DNA from: Eledone cirrhosa
Taxonomy: Eukaryota
Direction: 5' to 3'
Assembly: GCA_964016885.1 (NCBI GenBank)
Contig: CAXHJY010001229.1
Coordinates: forward strand, 62,001-126,000
Length of the DNA stretch: 64,000 bases
The notes below the pieces were generated by a model. It made no database searches. It was given only the letters and a program-made list of their open reading frames with translations, and was not told the origin of the DNA. Position numbers and translations under genes: made by a program. Shown in pieces: positions 52,141 to 64,000 of the stretch. Every line of letters begins with the position of its first letter. Position 1 is the stretch's first letter.

Positions 52141-52827
52141 AATTACATATATGGTAAAAGTGGTTGTTGTCACAAGGATTGGTCAAAAGTTTGTTGTTGA
52201 GACACATAATTCTATCATGGCAATTTGTGGAAGGAAGGGGTAGCTGAACTTGCCAGTAGAAGAAAGAGGGAGAGTGAGTGGAAGAAACCCAGTCGTGCGT
52301 TGATAGTGCCAACTACAGCAGGATCCTAAGGGTAGGAGGTCAAGAAAGTATACTAGGGAGGGGGAGAGGGAGGAAGTCGAAACAATAAGTGAATCAATAT
52401 GGAGTAAATATATAGAAGAATAATAAGAATGTTAAAAATATAAAAAAACAATTTCTGGTTACTATTCCCTTACCACAATCATCAAGTCTCTCACTGGTAC
52501 TGCCAAACTATAGAGAAGTTTAATAGGTGGGACGGAATTGTAGTGAAAGAATTTTATGAGTTAGTAGTAATCCTCCAAATCTATCTTACAGTGACAGGTC
52601 AACAAGTAGGGGGCCAAAATACTAAAGAAACTACTACGAGATAATAATTCAGAGTCCCGAAACTAATACGAAATAATAATTCATAATAATAATACGATAT
52701 ATAAGGGTGCCGCTACGATACAAAAATTCTAATACAAACTACATAAATGTTCGTACGATATATATGAAAATTTTGATACGAAAAATTAATTCAGAATATA
52801 TATGTGTGTATGTGTATGTGTGTGTGT

Positions 52828-53112
52828 GAAGGCGCATGGCTTAGTGGTTAGAGCAGTCGGCTTGCAATCGAAAGGTTGTGAATTCAATTCTCGGACCGGG
52901 TGATATGTTGTTTCCTTGAGCAAGACACTTTATTTCACGTTGCTCCAGTTTACTCAGCTGAAAATGAGTACCAGCAATAGCTGGAGGTTTAACCCTGCGA
53001 TGGACTGGCGTCCTGTCCAAGGGGGAGTCTTGTACTCTCAGTCGCTTCACGCCATGAAACCGGGATAAGCACCGGCCAAATGAGCCTTCTGGTTTAAGAC
53101 AGACTTTAGACT
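52828..53112 (+). mobile_element. SINE family 2 (tRNA-derived head, conserved central domain)
   Basis: GGCGCATGGCTTAGTGGTTAGAGC (A box), GAATTCAATTCTC (B-box-like), CCTTGAGCAAGACACTT central block and AGACTTTAGACTTA tail. Confidence 0.88.
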
Positions 53113-53509
53113 TACGGCCTGCCCGCCCAGCCAGTGGGATGGCGCGTCATCATATGGCTAAAACAGCACGTGATATATATATAGAGAGAGAGAGAAAGAG
53201 AGAGTGGCGGTACAATGAGGTATATCCGAGGCATGGTTATTGCTAGTTGAAAACTATATATAAGTGTAAGAGAGTGTGTGTGTGTGTTTGCGTTTATGTC
53301 CCCTAGTGGTTTAAGAAAAAGAAATCAATAAAATAAGTCCCATACATCCAAAATATGTAGAGTAATATGATAGACTAAATCTCTTGAAGGTGGAGCTCAA
53401 CACTCTAATGACTGAAACAATTAAAAGAATATAAGAACATATTTTATTTAGTTGTTTTGTTGCTGTTGTTGTTTTCAATTCTGTATTTAAATTAAATAAT
53501 GGTTTCCAA

Positions 53510-53640
53510 GGCAAGCAATTTTTAGTGGGAGGAGGTGGAAAATAAATAATATCGACCCCAATATTTGATTAGTACTTTATTTTTCTGACCTCGAAAAGAT
53601 GAAAGACAAAGTTGACCTTGGTAGGATTTAAATTTAGATT
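53510..53640 (-). mobile_element. SINE family 1, diverged partial copy
   Basis: TAGTACTTTATTTT..GACCTCGAAAAGATGAAAGACAAAGTTGACCTTGG..GGATTT. Confidence 0.65.
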
Positions 53641-54205
53641 TTAAAGTTTCAGAAAGGGTACAAAGCAATATGTCTGCTTCACATTAAGAATCGAAATCTT
53701 TACTGCAAAACTGCAAATTTTCGCAACAATCTATCAACTAGTAAATAAATATACTACAAACATTCGTATTAGCAAATCCATTTTTAAGATATATTTAACA
53801 AGCCAAAATAATGATGTTATTTGTCACCCTAGTGGTTTTAGCATGTTTTATCACTAGCATTATTTGAATTGGATCATATAAAAAAAAATCTAAGTGATTA
53901 ATTAATCGATACCCACTCAAAACAAAAAAGTTTGTGTTTATTACAAATAAATATTAAAAAATTAAATACGTTGCCTATTATATACTTATTTGAGGGGCGA
54001 AGGGGCAAAAAAATCTAAGCAGTTAAAGGGAGGCTACTCTGTAATTTCAAGCATTTTCTCTCCATCTGTCTCCATTTTCAAGGTGTTGTATACCAAGTAT
54101 GCAGCCAGTTATAAACCACGAATAATTATAGACAGTGACGTCTATTTAAACGTGGAAGATATAGGAGAACGTGAAGAGGTCCAACAACATCCGGGTGCCA
54201 ATGAA

Positions 54206-54723
54206 CTTTACAAAAGAAATAATTGTTTCTACTATTGGCACAAGGCCAGCCATACAGTACATTACTGGTACTTTATTTTATCGACCCCGTAAGGATGAAA
54301 GGCAAAGTTAACCTCGGTGAGATTTGAACTCAGAATGGCAAGAGCCGTAACTCTATGCGTCAAAGCATGGCGTCCGACCCTCTACCGATACTGCCAATTC
54401 ACCGCCCTTTACAAAAGAAATAATTGTTTCTACTTTTGGCACAAGGCCAGGAATTACCCAGTACATTACTGGTACTTTATTTTATCGACTCCGTAAGGAT
54501 TAAAGGCAAAGTTAACCTCGGCGGTATTTGAACTCAGATCGTAAAGGGATGTAACTCTTTGCGTCAAAGCATGGCGTCCGACCCTCTACCGATACTGCCA
54601 ATCCACCGCCCTTTACAAAAGAAATAATTGTTTCTACTTTAGGCACAAGGCCAGCAATTACTCAGTGCATTACTGGTACTTTATTTTATCGACCCCGTAA
54701 GGATGAAAGGCAAAAGAAATAAT
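54206..54723 (-). mobile_element. Three stacked SINE family 1 copies (two full, one 5'-truncated)
   Basis: Units start at ~54220, ~54421 and ~54625, each preceded by CTTTACAAAAGAAATAAT. CAAAAGAAATAAT recurs at 54711. Confidence 0.92.
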
Positions 54724-56377
54724 GAACGACGATTGGTGACATGTATATTGTCTTAAATCTGTTCAACATGTGATAACATGCAAAAAGAGACACTAATCCC
54801 AACCCTACCCACGCACACACTTTGTGGGAGAAGGCAGCCATGTCTGCTTTTTATGAGATATGGTTGATGTCTTTAATTGTATAATCCATAGGTCCGGGTG
54901 TAAGGTCCCTTTCGGTCATAACTGCTGACTATGAGTTTACACTTATAGAATACTTGCTTGGGCAAAGTGTTTTTTTTTAATTTCTAAGAAAACCAACCGA
55001 CACCCAAGCATGCAAGTCTCCTTACACCACCAATGCGTTGTCCAAAGGAAAGACAAATGCTGATAGTTCTTGAAACCAGTAACGTCGCATCTCATTTTTG
55101 CTAGTTGTGTGGACTGGAACAACCTGAAATAAACTATCTTACTCAAAAACACGTGCCACTCGGTTCAAGAATCAAACACAAAACCTTACGATTGTAAGCC
55201 CAACACCCTAACCACTAAGTCATATGTTTTCACTGATCTGGAATATTTGAGAAATTAGCATGTTTTCCTTTGAAGACATGACAATTACTCTAGTGCTGAT
55301 ACCACAATAAAAAACACCCAGTAGCCAAAAATAAAAAAAAAATCAACGCCAAAATCTAGAATGTTTGAACAAGACATGGTTCACTGATTCATCTCGAACT
55401 ATAACAACTTGTCCAACTTATGCTAACACGAAATACTACGTGTCTAACTGAAGCAACATAGTTGTGAGTGAAAGATTTAGGGGGATTAGGTATTGTGAGC
55501 TTTGGCTGAGTGAGGGAATGTGAACAGACATACCAAGGAAGATTGTTTAAATAACATTCAGGGCTTTTAATCGATCAGGTGTGAAGCATGATTACTGCAA
55601 GGAATAATCTATCTAAAACTGATTTATCTTTAATTGAAGGGACTAGAGAGTTTGTGGTATGCAGTGAAAATATTTGTGACAAGCTTCTTTTATTAGAGAG
55701 TGGTCAGAGGATCTGATGGAGACTGAGGTAATGGTAGCTAAGTATATACATCATCATCATCACCATTTAACTTCTATTTTCTATGATTGTATAGGTTAAA
55801 TAGGTTCTGAGACTAGGCAGGTCAGACAACTATGTTTTGCTCACATGTTCCATTTTTGACTCAGTTTTCTACAACTGGATGCTCTTCCTAACACCCATCA
55901 ATTTGCATGTGGGCAGGGTGCTTTTTTTCATGGTACCAGCTCTACCATCTGACAAGGTGAACTGGGTGCTTTTTGTCATGGCATCAGCATTACCACCTTT
56001 CAGGATAGACTGGGTGCTTTTTATCATGGCACTAGCATTCCTACTTCACAGAATGGGCTGGGCTGAGAAAATATAGATGCCAATATAAAACAAATATTTG
56101 GACAAATTCTAAAGAAGAATATATTTCTTGCTTTGAAACAAAATAATTCTTGTACTATATCCTCTAGTGAGAACATGAGAATCAGACAACCAGATGAACT
56201 GTTTCAAACTAGTTGGGTTTCATTAAGTTTTAATACATTAAATTAAAAAGAACAACATATACTGTCATAGTTATATTGTTTATATATTGGTTGATATCAA
56301 GAATAAATCATTTGGTTGGGTAAATTTGGCAATTAGTGTATGAGGAAAATTGCATAATACACCATGAAATAAATAAA

Positions 56378-56684
56378 CCCTTTTGATACCAAACTGCCCT
56401 AGTTTCTATAAGAAGTTTATTTTAAAGAGTTTATTAGAACATGACCCCCCCCCCCCCCATATAAAACTATGTTTCAACACATGATTTCAAATCAAAAACC
56501 TTACAAAACAAATACATCTTTGTCTATAAACTTTCCATCATATGTTTTTGTAAGAAACTTTATGTTCCAAACACCAGCTTGAGAAAGTTAATGATATTAC
56601 TAAATTCCTCTAAATTCTTTATTATTTTCACAAGTATTTGAAAAAGAGGCAGTTTTTTTCATTAGAAATATGGTAACGAAAAGG
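56378..56684. mobile_element. Older piggyBac-type MITE (second family)
   Basis: AA|CCCTTTTGATACCA ... TGGTAACGAAAAGG|TTAA imperfect TIRs. Confidence 0.6.
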
Positions 56685-57094
56685 TTAATTCATACGAATA
56701 TAGTCAAAAAGTACAGGTAAAGGGTACTCTTGATAACATTTCCCATATTATTTCTCTGTTGAGTTTACTACATAATTCTTAGAATTTATATCAACCCAAC
56801 TGAAACCAACTTAATTTAAAATGGAGACGGAAATATTTTGTATAGAGGGGGAAAAGTAATATATTCTAAGAAACACCAACATCTTAATGACTGCAATCAA
56901 CCAGAAATAATTAGAAAATAACATTCAAACTTCTTTTCTTCAAAGCAAAAAAAAAATAATAATAATAATTTGTCATATAACGACAAATAAAGTAAAATAC
57001 TTTTAATTTGAAAGCCAATATATAAAATGCAAGCTTTTCTATAAAGCTAAACTTTGGAATAATATATATAAATATGTGTGTGTGTATCATTATC

Positions 57095-58670
57095 ATCATC
57101 ATTTTACATCTGCTTTACAACACAGCCTCCATCCATATAAAGCATTCCTTCATTATCACCTCTGTGAGGTTCAGCATTTTGAGATCAGTTCTAATCCCCT
57201 GTGTCCTGGTCATTTTCAGTTTTAAATTACTGCAGCTTCATTCCACTGGCATCACTTGACACTCCTTCATCCAACATTAATCATCCATATGCCTCACAAG
57301 TCCATACCAGTGAAATCTTCTCTTCAACATTACATCTGTTTCTTCTCATACTCAGCTTTTCTTTCAGTTCATCCACACTATTGTTCATGCATCTTAACAT
57401 TACATATCTTTGTTTGTAGAGAAAATCTCTTCTGTTCTTATTCTAGTTACTATGCAATCAGAGCAACCCCTTTCACTGATATACGAGTCACCTAGGTAAC
57501 AGAAACTATCTACTAGTTCTAAGGTATATTCCTGGGATTGGAAAATGTTTATTTCACTGCTTCTCTTATTACACATTAAACCTGTGCATCTGTCACATAC
57601 AAAGTCTATATTTTCTGTTAGTCTGCCTCCTATCCCACTACACCTCTTGTATACCTATACCTTACATTAAGTACATCATATAAAATTCCTACTTACTTCT
57701 TTTCTACATATTGAACATTTCTCTACTAACAGCACCTCTGTCCATGGTTTTCACTGCTCCCATAAACCACATGTTAAGGAACACTACATGGCAGATAATG
57801 AACCTCTGTCAAAAACCTAAATACAGTTGCTTGCAATTAGTTAGGAATTTATCCTGTAGTTGTCTTAGTGAGAAGAGGGCATCCATGGTGCCCTTTTTCA
57901 TCACAAAACCAAACTGCATCATAATGGTTTGACTCTTTACTTAATTAGTTGTGCTAACACTCTGTTATTTTCATAAATTGATCAATCAGCTTTGTGTTTG
58001 TGGTTGCTCCTTTCTAGAGGATAAGCTTTTCCCTTACAGCAATTAATAGCTATATTGCTATGCAGTCATTGGGTAACAGTGATATGTATTTCTTGATTGA
58101 CTATGTGGGTGTGTAGCTCAATTCCTATCTCTAATGGTCCAGCAGCTTCTCCATTTTTCATTTCTCTGACCCTATAACTGTATATTTTGATAGCCAGTTC
58201 CTTTGTAGGGTCAGCCGAGAGTAGTCCCTTTTCTTTTTACTTAATCTCCACATTCATCAACCTCACATTGTAGCATTTCCAGGCTTTTTTCTTCTGAGCA
58301 TCAGTGAGGCTAAGTGTGCCTGTGTCATTTTGAACACATCTCTTCCCAATAACATCTTGATTCACACTGACACATTGCTTCACAATGTAGAACACCTCAC
58401 TGTTAATCTGCTCAATGAGTCATATTATTAAACCTCTTGCTTTCTGCTTCTCTACTTGCTATGTCAACTTGTCATCTAGCTTCTAAAACCCTACATAGTA
58501 TTGCTCTAAACTGATCTAAAAAGCTACTTGATATTGTTCTTTGATGTTGCTAGTTTTCCAGTCTTTCCATGCCTATATCTTAGCTTCAATGGTTCTACAG
58601 TACTGTTCATTCATCAAGTTACTTTTCATCTGGATGGTACCTTGTTTCAGCCACAGATCTCATCAGAAGT
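57095..58670 (-). mobile_element. Highly decayed RTE LINE, same family as 47760-50020
   Basis: Reverse-complement similarity to 47940-48780 (e.g. CACTGATGCTCAGAAGAAAAAAGCCTGGAAATG; MMQFGFVMKKGTMDALFSLRQLQDKFL) and a 3' end with a (GAT)n tail near 57085-57120. Confidence 0.8.
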
Positions 58671-58917
58671 CTGAAGCAGTTGTCCTGCATGCTATACATA
58701 TCTATCTCCCCCTCTCTCTCTAGTTTAGCTTGCAATTGAGAAGCAGGTAGCTTGACATCAGAGATGATAGACCTTTAAGGGTAAGTGTTTTATAATATCA
58801 ATGGTCTAATACTGTCAATACTAATTTTTGCTTTATTAATCATATATTTTTAATATACTTAATTGTGAGCATTTGGCATCTTTCATTAGAGGCATGGGAT
58901 GGTATACCGCTAATGTG

Positions 58918-59241
58918 AAGGCGCATGGCTTAGTGGTTAGAGTGTCGAACTTACAATCATGAGGTTGTGAATTCGATTCTGGACTGGGCTTTGTGTTGAG
59001 TTCTTGAGTAAGACACTTTATTTCATGCAGCTCCAGTTCACTCAGCTGTAGAAATGAGTTGCGACGTCACTAGTGTCAAGCTATATCAGCCATTGCTTTT
59101 ACCTTGGACAACATCGGTGGTGTGGAGAGGGGAGGCTATATGCATGGGCAACTGCTGGTCTTCCATAAACAACCTTGCCGAGGGGAACTTTCTAGGTGCA
59201 AATCCCATGGTCATTCATGACCGAAGATCTTTACCCTTTAC
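58918..59241 (+). mobile_element. SINE family 2 copy
   Basis: GAAGGCGCATGGCTTAGTGGTTAGAGTG..GAATTCGATTC..CTTGAGTAAGACACTTTATTTC; tail CTTTACCCTTTACC; flanked by CTAATG on both sides (possible TSD). Confidence 0.88.
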
Positions 59242-59683
59242 CTCTAATGAAGTAAAATAGCTAGTATTGACTTGGAGTGTTTGTGACTTGTACTATGTAT
59301 GTTATGACTATGGGTTGTTGTTTTTGACAAAAGAAGAGAGTTGGGCTGTTGGTAAGAATTCCAGCTTGGGGAAAGGGATGAAAGATGGATGAGTTGCTGT
59401 CAAGGTCAGAAGTGGAAAGAGTTAGTGCCCTTGACTTTGATCACTTCCACTTAAAAGCATGTGTGGTCATTTTGTTGCTGTTTCTATAATTAACACACTG
59501 GAATCTTTGTTGGATAGTTCTGTACACATAGGGATTTGGCTGAGATATTTCAACAATTTTTTTGTCTATTGTTTATGTATTATATTTTATCAGTTAATGT
59601 TTAGTTTTTGTGCTGTATATTTTACTTCAATGTTATTTCTTTTTCTTTTTTATTCAATTCATAGTCTATTCATTGTTATTTAA

Positions 59684-59881
59684 CTCTTTAGCATTTAAAC
59701 CAACCGTATCCAGCCAGAATTTTCTTCCCTCTTTCTGTTCAAACCGGCCACTTATACTTATGTTTAGGTATTGTTCTCAAAATAAATATTATCAAAATCT
59801 CATAGATTCAATATTATGTGAGGTAAAGCCTTTACTGTGAAAATACAATAGTATATATAGAGTAATGTAAATGTTAATGGG
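59684..59881 (+). mobile_element. piggyBac-type MITE with TTAA target-site duplication
   Basis: TTAA|CTCTTTAGCATTTA...TAAATGTTAATGGG|TTAA; homologous to 39267-39474. Confidence 0.88.
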
Positions 59882-59927
59882 TTAACTTTGGTTGGCATTT
59901 ATATGTTGTTTAGTGTTAGCTTCTGAA

Positions 59928-60377
59928 TCTAAACTATAATAAAGGAAGGTCTGTGGGATTGCGTACGTTTTTTTTTTTTTATCCCGTTTGTAAAATAAGT
60001 TGGATTACTTTGAATAAATAATGAATGAATATTACATAATTTATCTAAATTTCGTGGCTGTTGATTAAATATATTTTGTTTATTTAAAGATTCACTTCTG
60101 AAATGTCAACACTTCCGGTTGGCCCTCACTTAAATAAACATACTAATTTTCTCCTAATGCAGTTTATATATAATATCGTTTTTTAATGCATCATGGATTA
60201 CGTTACTGATTAAATAAGAGAGTGTAACACAGTCTTCGTTCAATTTCTATGTATTATATATTGTCAATTACGATTTTATTTGATGTATCATATCTACATC
60301 TATATATACTTGCGTATATTAATATACACACTACACATACTAGCAGAAAACCACACGAGGGGTGGTTTTTCTGCTAG
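59928..60377 (+). mobile_element. Short non-autonomous Helitron related to 6092-7471
   Basis: A|TCTAAACTATAATAAAG 5' end and CTAG|T 3' end within a long hairpin. Shares TTATTTAAA.ATTCACTTCT..AAATGTCAACACTTCCGGTT with 7266-7315 (reverse complement). Confidence 0.75.
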
Positions 60378-61144
60378 TTACTTAACGTGTCATGCTGTTT
60401 GAACAGCAATATATTTTTAATTTGAGTTGTTTGGGGTTTACTTTAATCTAGTCTTTTGATTTGAACTCCTGTTTATTGTTTGTGTGGAATTTTTCTATAA
60501 TGTATCAGATTGGCAGGTTCAATATTATTTAGTGTTAGTTTCTGTTCAGTTTGGTGATTTAATTGTTGAGCCTGTACCTTCATTTCATTTTTTGTTTGGG
60601 TCTATTAGTTTGTTAAGTAGGATAGAGTTTAGATGAGATTAATAAAGGATTATAGAGTTTAGGTTTGGTCAGTTTGGATATTGGTAGTTGAGAATGTGGT
60701 TTACTTCAGTGTGCGTCTATATATATCGAGTTAGGTTCATTGGGAGTATATAGTTAGATATTATTTCTGGTGGTTATACTGATTATGTGTGGCTGCTGTA
60801 CCAAATTATGTAATGGGGTAGTAGTCACTGCAGAGTAATACAGAAACTATGTAATATGATGGTTGCAGCCTAATGATGTCCATCATCTCCACACCAGTAA
60901 TTGGTGCAGGTTAGTTGTGGTTTTTCTGGGAGGGAAGGTTGAGGCATGGTTTTGAAGGACTTGTTAGAATTCTACTTGATGTCTTGAATGGTATGTGTCT
61001 GGTGAGTGGGGTTGATTGTAGCAATATAATTTGCATTTGTTTCATTTTGAGAATAGCATGGTTTTGTTTAGATTTATGTATAAATTAGTGGTCTCAGACA
61101 TCTGACAGTGGTTATGTTAGGGCACTGCTTTGATTTAGTTGATG

Positions 61145-61480
61145 GAGGCACATGGCTTAGTGGTTATAGCATTGACCTTGCAATCAAAAGGTTGTGAGTT
61201 CAATTCTCAGACCGGGCGATGTGTTGTTTCCTTGAGCAAGACACTTTATTTCACATTGCTCCAGTTTACTCAGCTGTAGAAATGAGATGATAGGGACTGG
61301 GGTCCATATCATTCCACTGCAAAGTGGTCGTGGAGGTGCCATGGCAAAAAAGCACCCAGCACTCACTGTAAATGAGGTTGGTGTTAGGAAGGGCATCCAG
61401 CTGTAGAAATCAAGCCAGAATCAGTTCCCGTCCCACCCTTGCAAGTGGACGTAAAATGAAATGAAATGAATGAAATGAAT
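61145..61480 (+). mobile_element. SINE family 2 head fused to a 48-bp-unit/RTE-like tail, ending in (AAATG)n
   Basis: GGCACATGGCTTAGTGGTTA..GAGTTCAATTCTC..CCTTGAGCAAGACACTT, then AAAAAGCACCCAGC.CTCACTGTAAA..GGAAGGGCATCCAGCTGTAGAAA, as at 3660-3740. Confidence 0.8.
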
Positions 61481-61633
61481 AACAACCAAAGTATTAATTT
61501 TTTCAAATTTGGTACTTTTTTTATCAATCTCTTTTTTGGCAAACCACTAGGTTACAGGACATAAACAGATACATACATACATATATATATGTATGTATAT
61601 ATATATATATATACACACATATACATATATAAA

Positions 61634-61695
61634 TATTGTAAGGAGTTAGTGCCAATGGTTGAGTTCTTGCTATTGGGCACTAACTCTTTACAATA
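61634..61695. repeat. 62-bp foldback inverted repeat
   Basis: TATTGTAAGGAGTTAGTGCCAAT / ATTGGGCACTAACTCTTTACAATA arms with a 15-nt spacer. Confidence 0.85.
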
Positions 61696-62299
61696 CCTAT
61701 ATTATTCTACTTTCTCAAGTATTAAGCTGAACAAGTAAACTGGTAACTACCAATCTCTATATATCATCATCGTTTAATGTCCATCTTCCACACTAGCATG
61801 GGGGACTGTGGTTCACTCACACAGGACTAATTTTGGGTTGGTTTCTATGGCTACATGCATTTCCTAAAGCTAACTACATTAGTGTGTGCTGGGTGTTTTT
61901 TGTCGTGACACCTACACGACCACTATATAGTGTGGGCTGGGCTCTTTTGTCGTTGCTCCAGGGGAGCATCACTTTATGGAGGGGGTTGAGAACTTGGGAG
62001 GGGTGAAGATGCATGGAGAAATTGGGGACATAAGTATAGGGGGGGATAATTGCGAGGGAGGTTTATGGGAGGGGAGATGGTAAGGGAAGGTGATGTCTAC
62101 TAGATACATGCCTCAGCCTGAGGATATTAGAGGGCGGGTCTTCTGTAATACTTCATAGCGCCAGAGGTCAGTCATGTCATTGCCTTAGTGAGGTGTAATT
62201 GAGCAAGGTCAGCTTTTATTACCTTATCCCAAGTCTTCCTAGGCCTGCCCACTGCATGGCTATCATCAACTTTGATCACTTTTGACCTTTATATATATA

Positions 62300-62690
62300 T
62301 CATCATCAGTTTTACATCTATTCTTCCATGCTAGCATGGGTTAGACGAGTTGTCCTATTGTGGGCAATGTCAGGTCAGGTGACCATGTCTTGCTCATACA
62401 GAACTGATTTTGGCTGTTTCGACAACTGGGTGTCAACCTCATTTACCGTGAGTACTGGGTGCTTTTCGCCATGTCTCCTACACGACCACTTTACAGTGTG
62501 GGCTGGATGCCTTTTGTTGTGACACCTACACAAACCACTTTATAGTGTGGGTTGAATTCTTTTTGTTGACACTTAAACGACCACTTTATAGTGTGGGCTG
62601 GCTGCTTTTTGTTGTGATACCTACAAAACCAGTTTACTTTGTGAGCTGGGTGCTTTTTGCCGTGTCACCATCATGCTTATTTTACAGTGC
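62300..62690 (-). mobile_element. Composite 48-bp-subrepeat element (reverse of 3430-3860); further partial copies at 61765-61960 and 62690-62806
   Basis: CATCATC..TTTACATC..TTCCATGCTAGCATGGGTTAGACG followed by about 5 copies of the 48-bp unit. Confidence 0.75.
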
Positions 62691-63364
62691 GGGCAAGCCA
62701 AAATCAGTTCTGTAAGAGCAAGATATGGTCATCTGACCTATCTTGTCTCTTATCAGAACAACTCGTCTCTCATGCTAGCATGGAAAAAGAGACATTAAAT
62801 GGTGATGATATATATATATACATTAACAATACAATTCGAAGGTTAGATTTCATAATTTCTTTAATTATGTAGTAGCCATGATACATAATTCTGTGGTGAA
62901 ATAGTTCATCGTGATACCATGAAGCAATCCATAACATGCCGTCTTCAGATGACCCATTAGGTAATCCATTTATAAGGTATTGTAATGTATTGACATGGAG
63001 ACAGACCTGCATTTGATGTTAATCCAAAGCCTGTCTCCATATAAATTTAAGATTCACGTTAATCTTACAGTGAGTGTTGGCAGGCATGGAGGTTTATTTT
63101 TCTATCGCCACGTTTACTTGGCTCTGGTTTTGAAGTTGATTGATGGTGTTACTGACAAGCACTTCCCCTGCCAAAACTGTATGTTCTTTTCCCCACTTTG
63201 GTGTGGCTATAGCAGCCATCAAATTTGTTGTGACCATCTACATTCTTATCTTTTAAGGGGTGCCAGTCATACTGTTTTATATGTTAGGATTTTATGGCAT
63301 CAGGCAGCCAAGCATAACAGTCCTTAATAGCAAGTGTTTATCACTTGGAAAATTTAGGTTGATA

Positions 63365-63462
63365 ATTTCCCTGACATTTGTATATTGTTCTATGTACTAT
63401 ATATGCACCTTTGACGAGTTGTAGTGCACCTGAGCACTTTACACAATAATTTCATTATAATA
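63365..63462 (+). mobile_element. CR1-type LINE extreme 3' fragment
   Basis: CCTGACATTTGTATATTGTTCTATGTACTATATATGCACCTTTGACGAGTTGTAGTGCACCTGAGCAC..AATAATTTCATTAT matches 47289-47380. Confidence 0.88.
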
Positions 63463-63493
63463 AGATATAGACATGGAATTTGGGAAACAATAA

Positions 63494-64000
63494 CACTGGT
63501 CAACAAGTATTTGTCAAGGTGTACTCAGTGTAGTTTTTAATGCTGATTTCAAATATACAATTAGTTTTTTGACATCACTTACACTTTTCAAGATGAGAAA
63601 CTTTTTGGTTTTAGCTCATGCATTATACAGAAATTCCAATTAATTACGTATATGCATGAATTTCATTTACATTATGGAAACATACCTTTAAAATAAACTA
63701 CATTATTCATTGCTGCATAGTTTAGATGCAATATTTCATCATCTTAAATTAACCAATCAAGTTTTGTCTGATGAAATAGGTATTTCAACATCTCAAATTG
63801 TCCAGTCATAATTGGTCTGATGAAATATTTCATCATCTCAAATTCAATATAAGTATAACCGTTTGTATCTATTTCCTTACTTGTTTTACAGTGTTAACAA
63901 TGTCAAGACAGTGTAGAAATTGTCCTGATGTGTTTTGTTATGTCTGTGGACAATTTATCGTGAAAGCTCAAAAACGTACAATAACACCAGAGATCGAGAA
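63494..64000 (+). mobile_element. 5' end of a probable Chapaev3 (CMC superfamily) DNA transposon, continuing beyond the window
   Basis: TAA|CACTGGTCAACAAG start fits the CAC terminus and TWA target of Chapaev3. It is followed by a transposase-like N-terminus at 63900. Confidence 0.7.
63900..64000 (+). CDS. Transposase N-terminus (Cys-rich zinc-binding region), truncated by the window end
   Basis: MSRQCRNCPDVFCYVCGQFIVKAQKRTITPEIE, matching the CxNxPDxFCYxCG motif. Preceded by a strong acceptor TTTCCTTACTTGTTTTACAG, suggesting a 5'UTR intron. Confidence 0.75.
   Translation, partial: MSRQCRNCPDVFCYVCGQFIVKAQKRTITPEIE

Noticed and set aside
52828-52900. tRNA genes at 52828, 58918 and 61145
   Set aside because: The tRNA-like heads lack a paired acceptor stem and continue into a shared SINE body.
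63765-63845. CTGATGA motifs as hammerhead cores
   Set aside because: No following stem II-GAAA arrangement; they belong to subterminal repeats of the DNA transposon.

Overview
AT-rich, microsatellite-rich animal genomic DNA made almost entirely of repeats. The SINE, LINE and microsatellite mix suggests a coleoid cephalopod such as Octopus (inference only). I can support no intact host gene. The main feature is a ~19.7 kb tandem array (15861-35596, roughly 235-240 copies) of an 82/87-bp monomer built from four short inverted repeats, with nested higher-order duplications and diverged edge monomers. Its right edge runs into a short minus-strand reading frame. Around it are decayed RTE and CR1 LINEs, three stacked Tx1/L1-clade LINE copies in a (GATA)n microsatellite, Helitrons, TTAA- and TA-flanked MITEs, two SINE families, a Gypsy integrase fragment and the 5' end of a probable Chapaev3 DNA transposon. 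A near-canonical type I hammerhead ribozyme fold (52045-52140, minus strand) sits next to a ~300-bp inverted duplication. All coordinates were read by eye; element boundaries are approximate unless terminal motifs are quoted.
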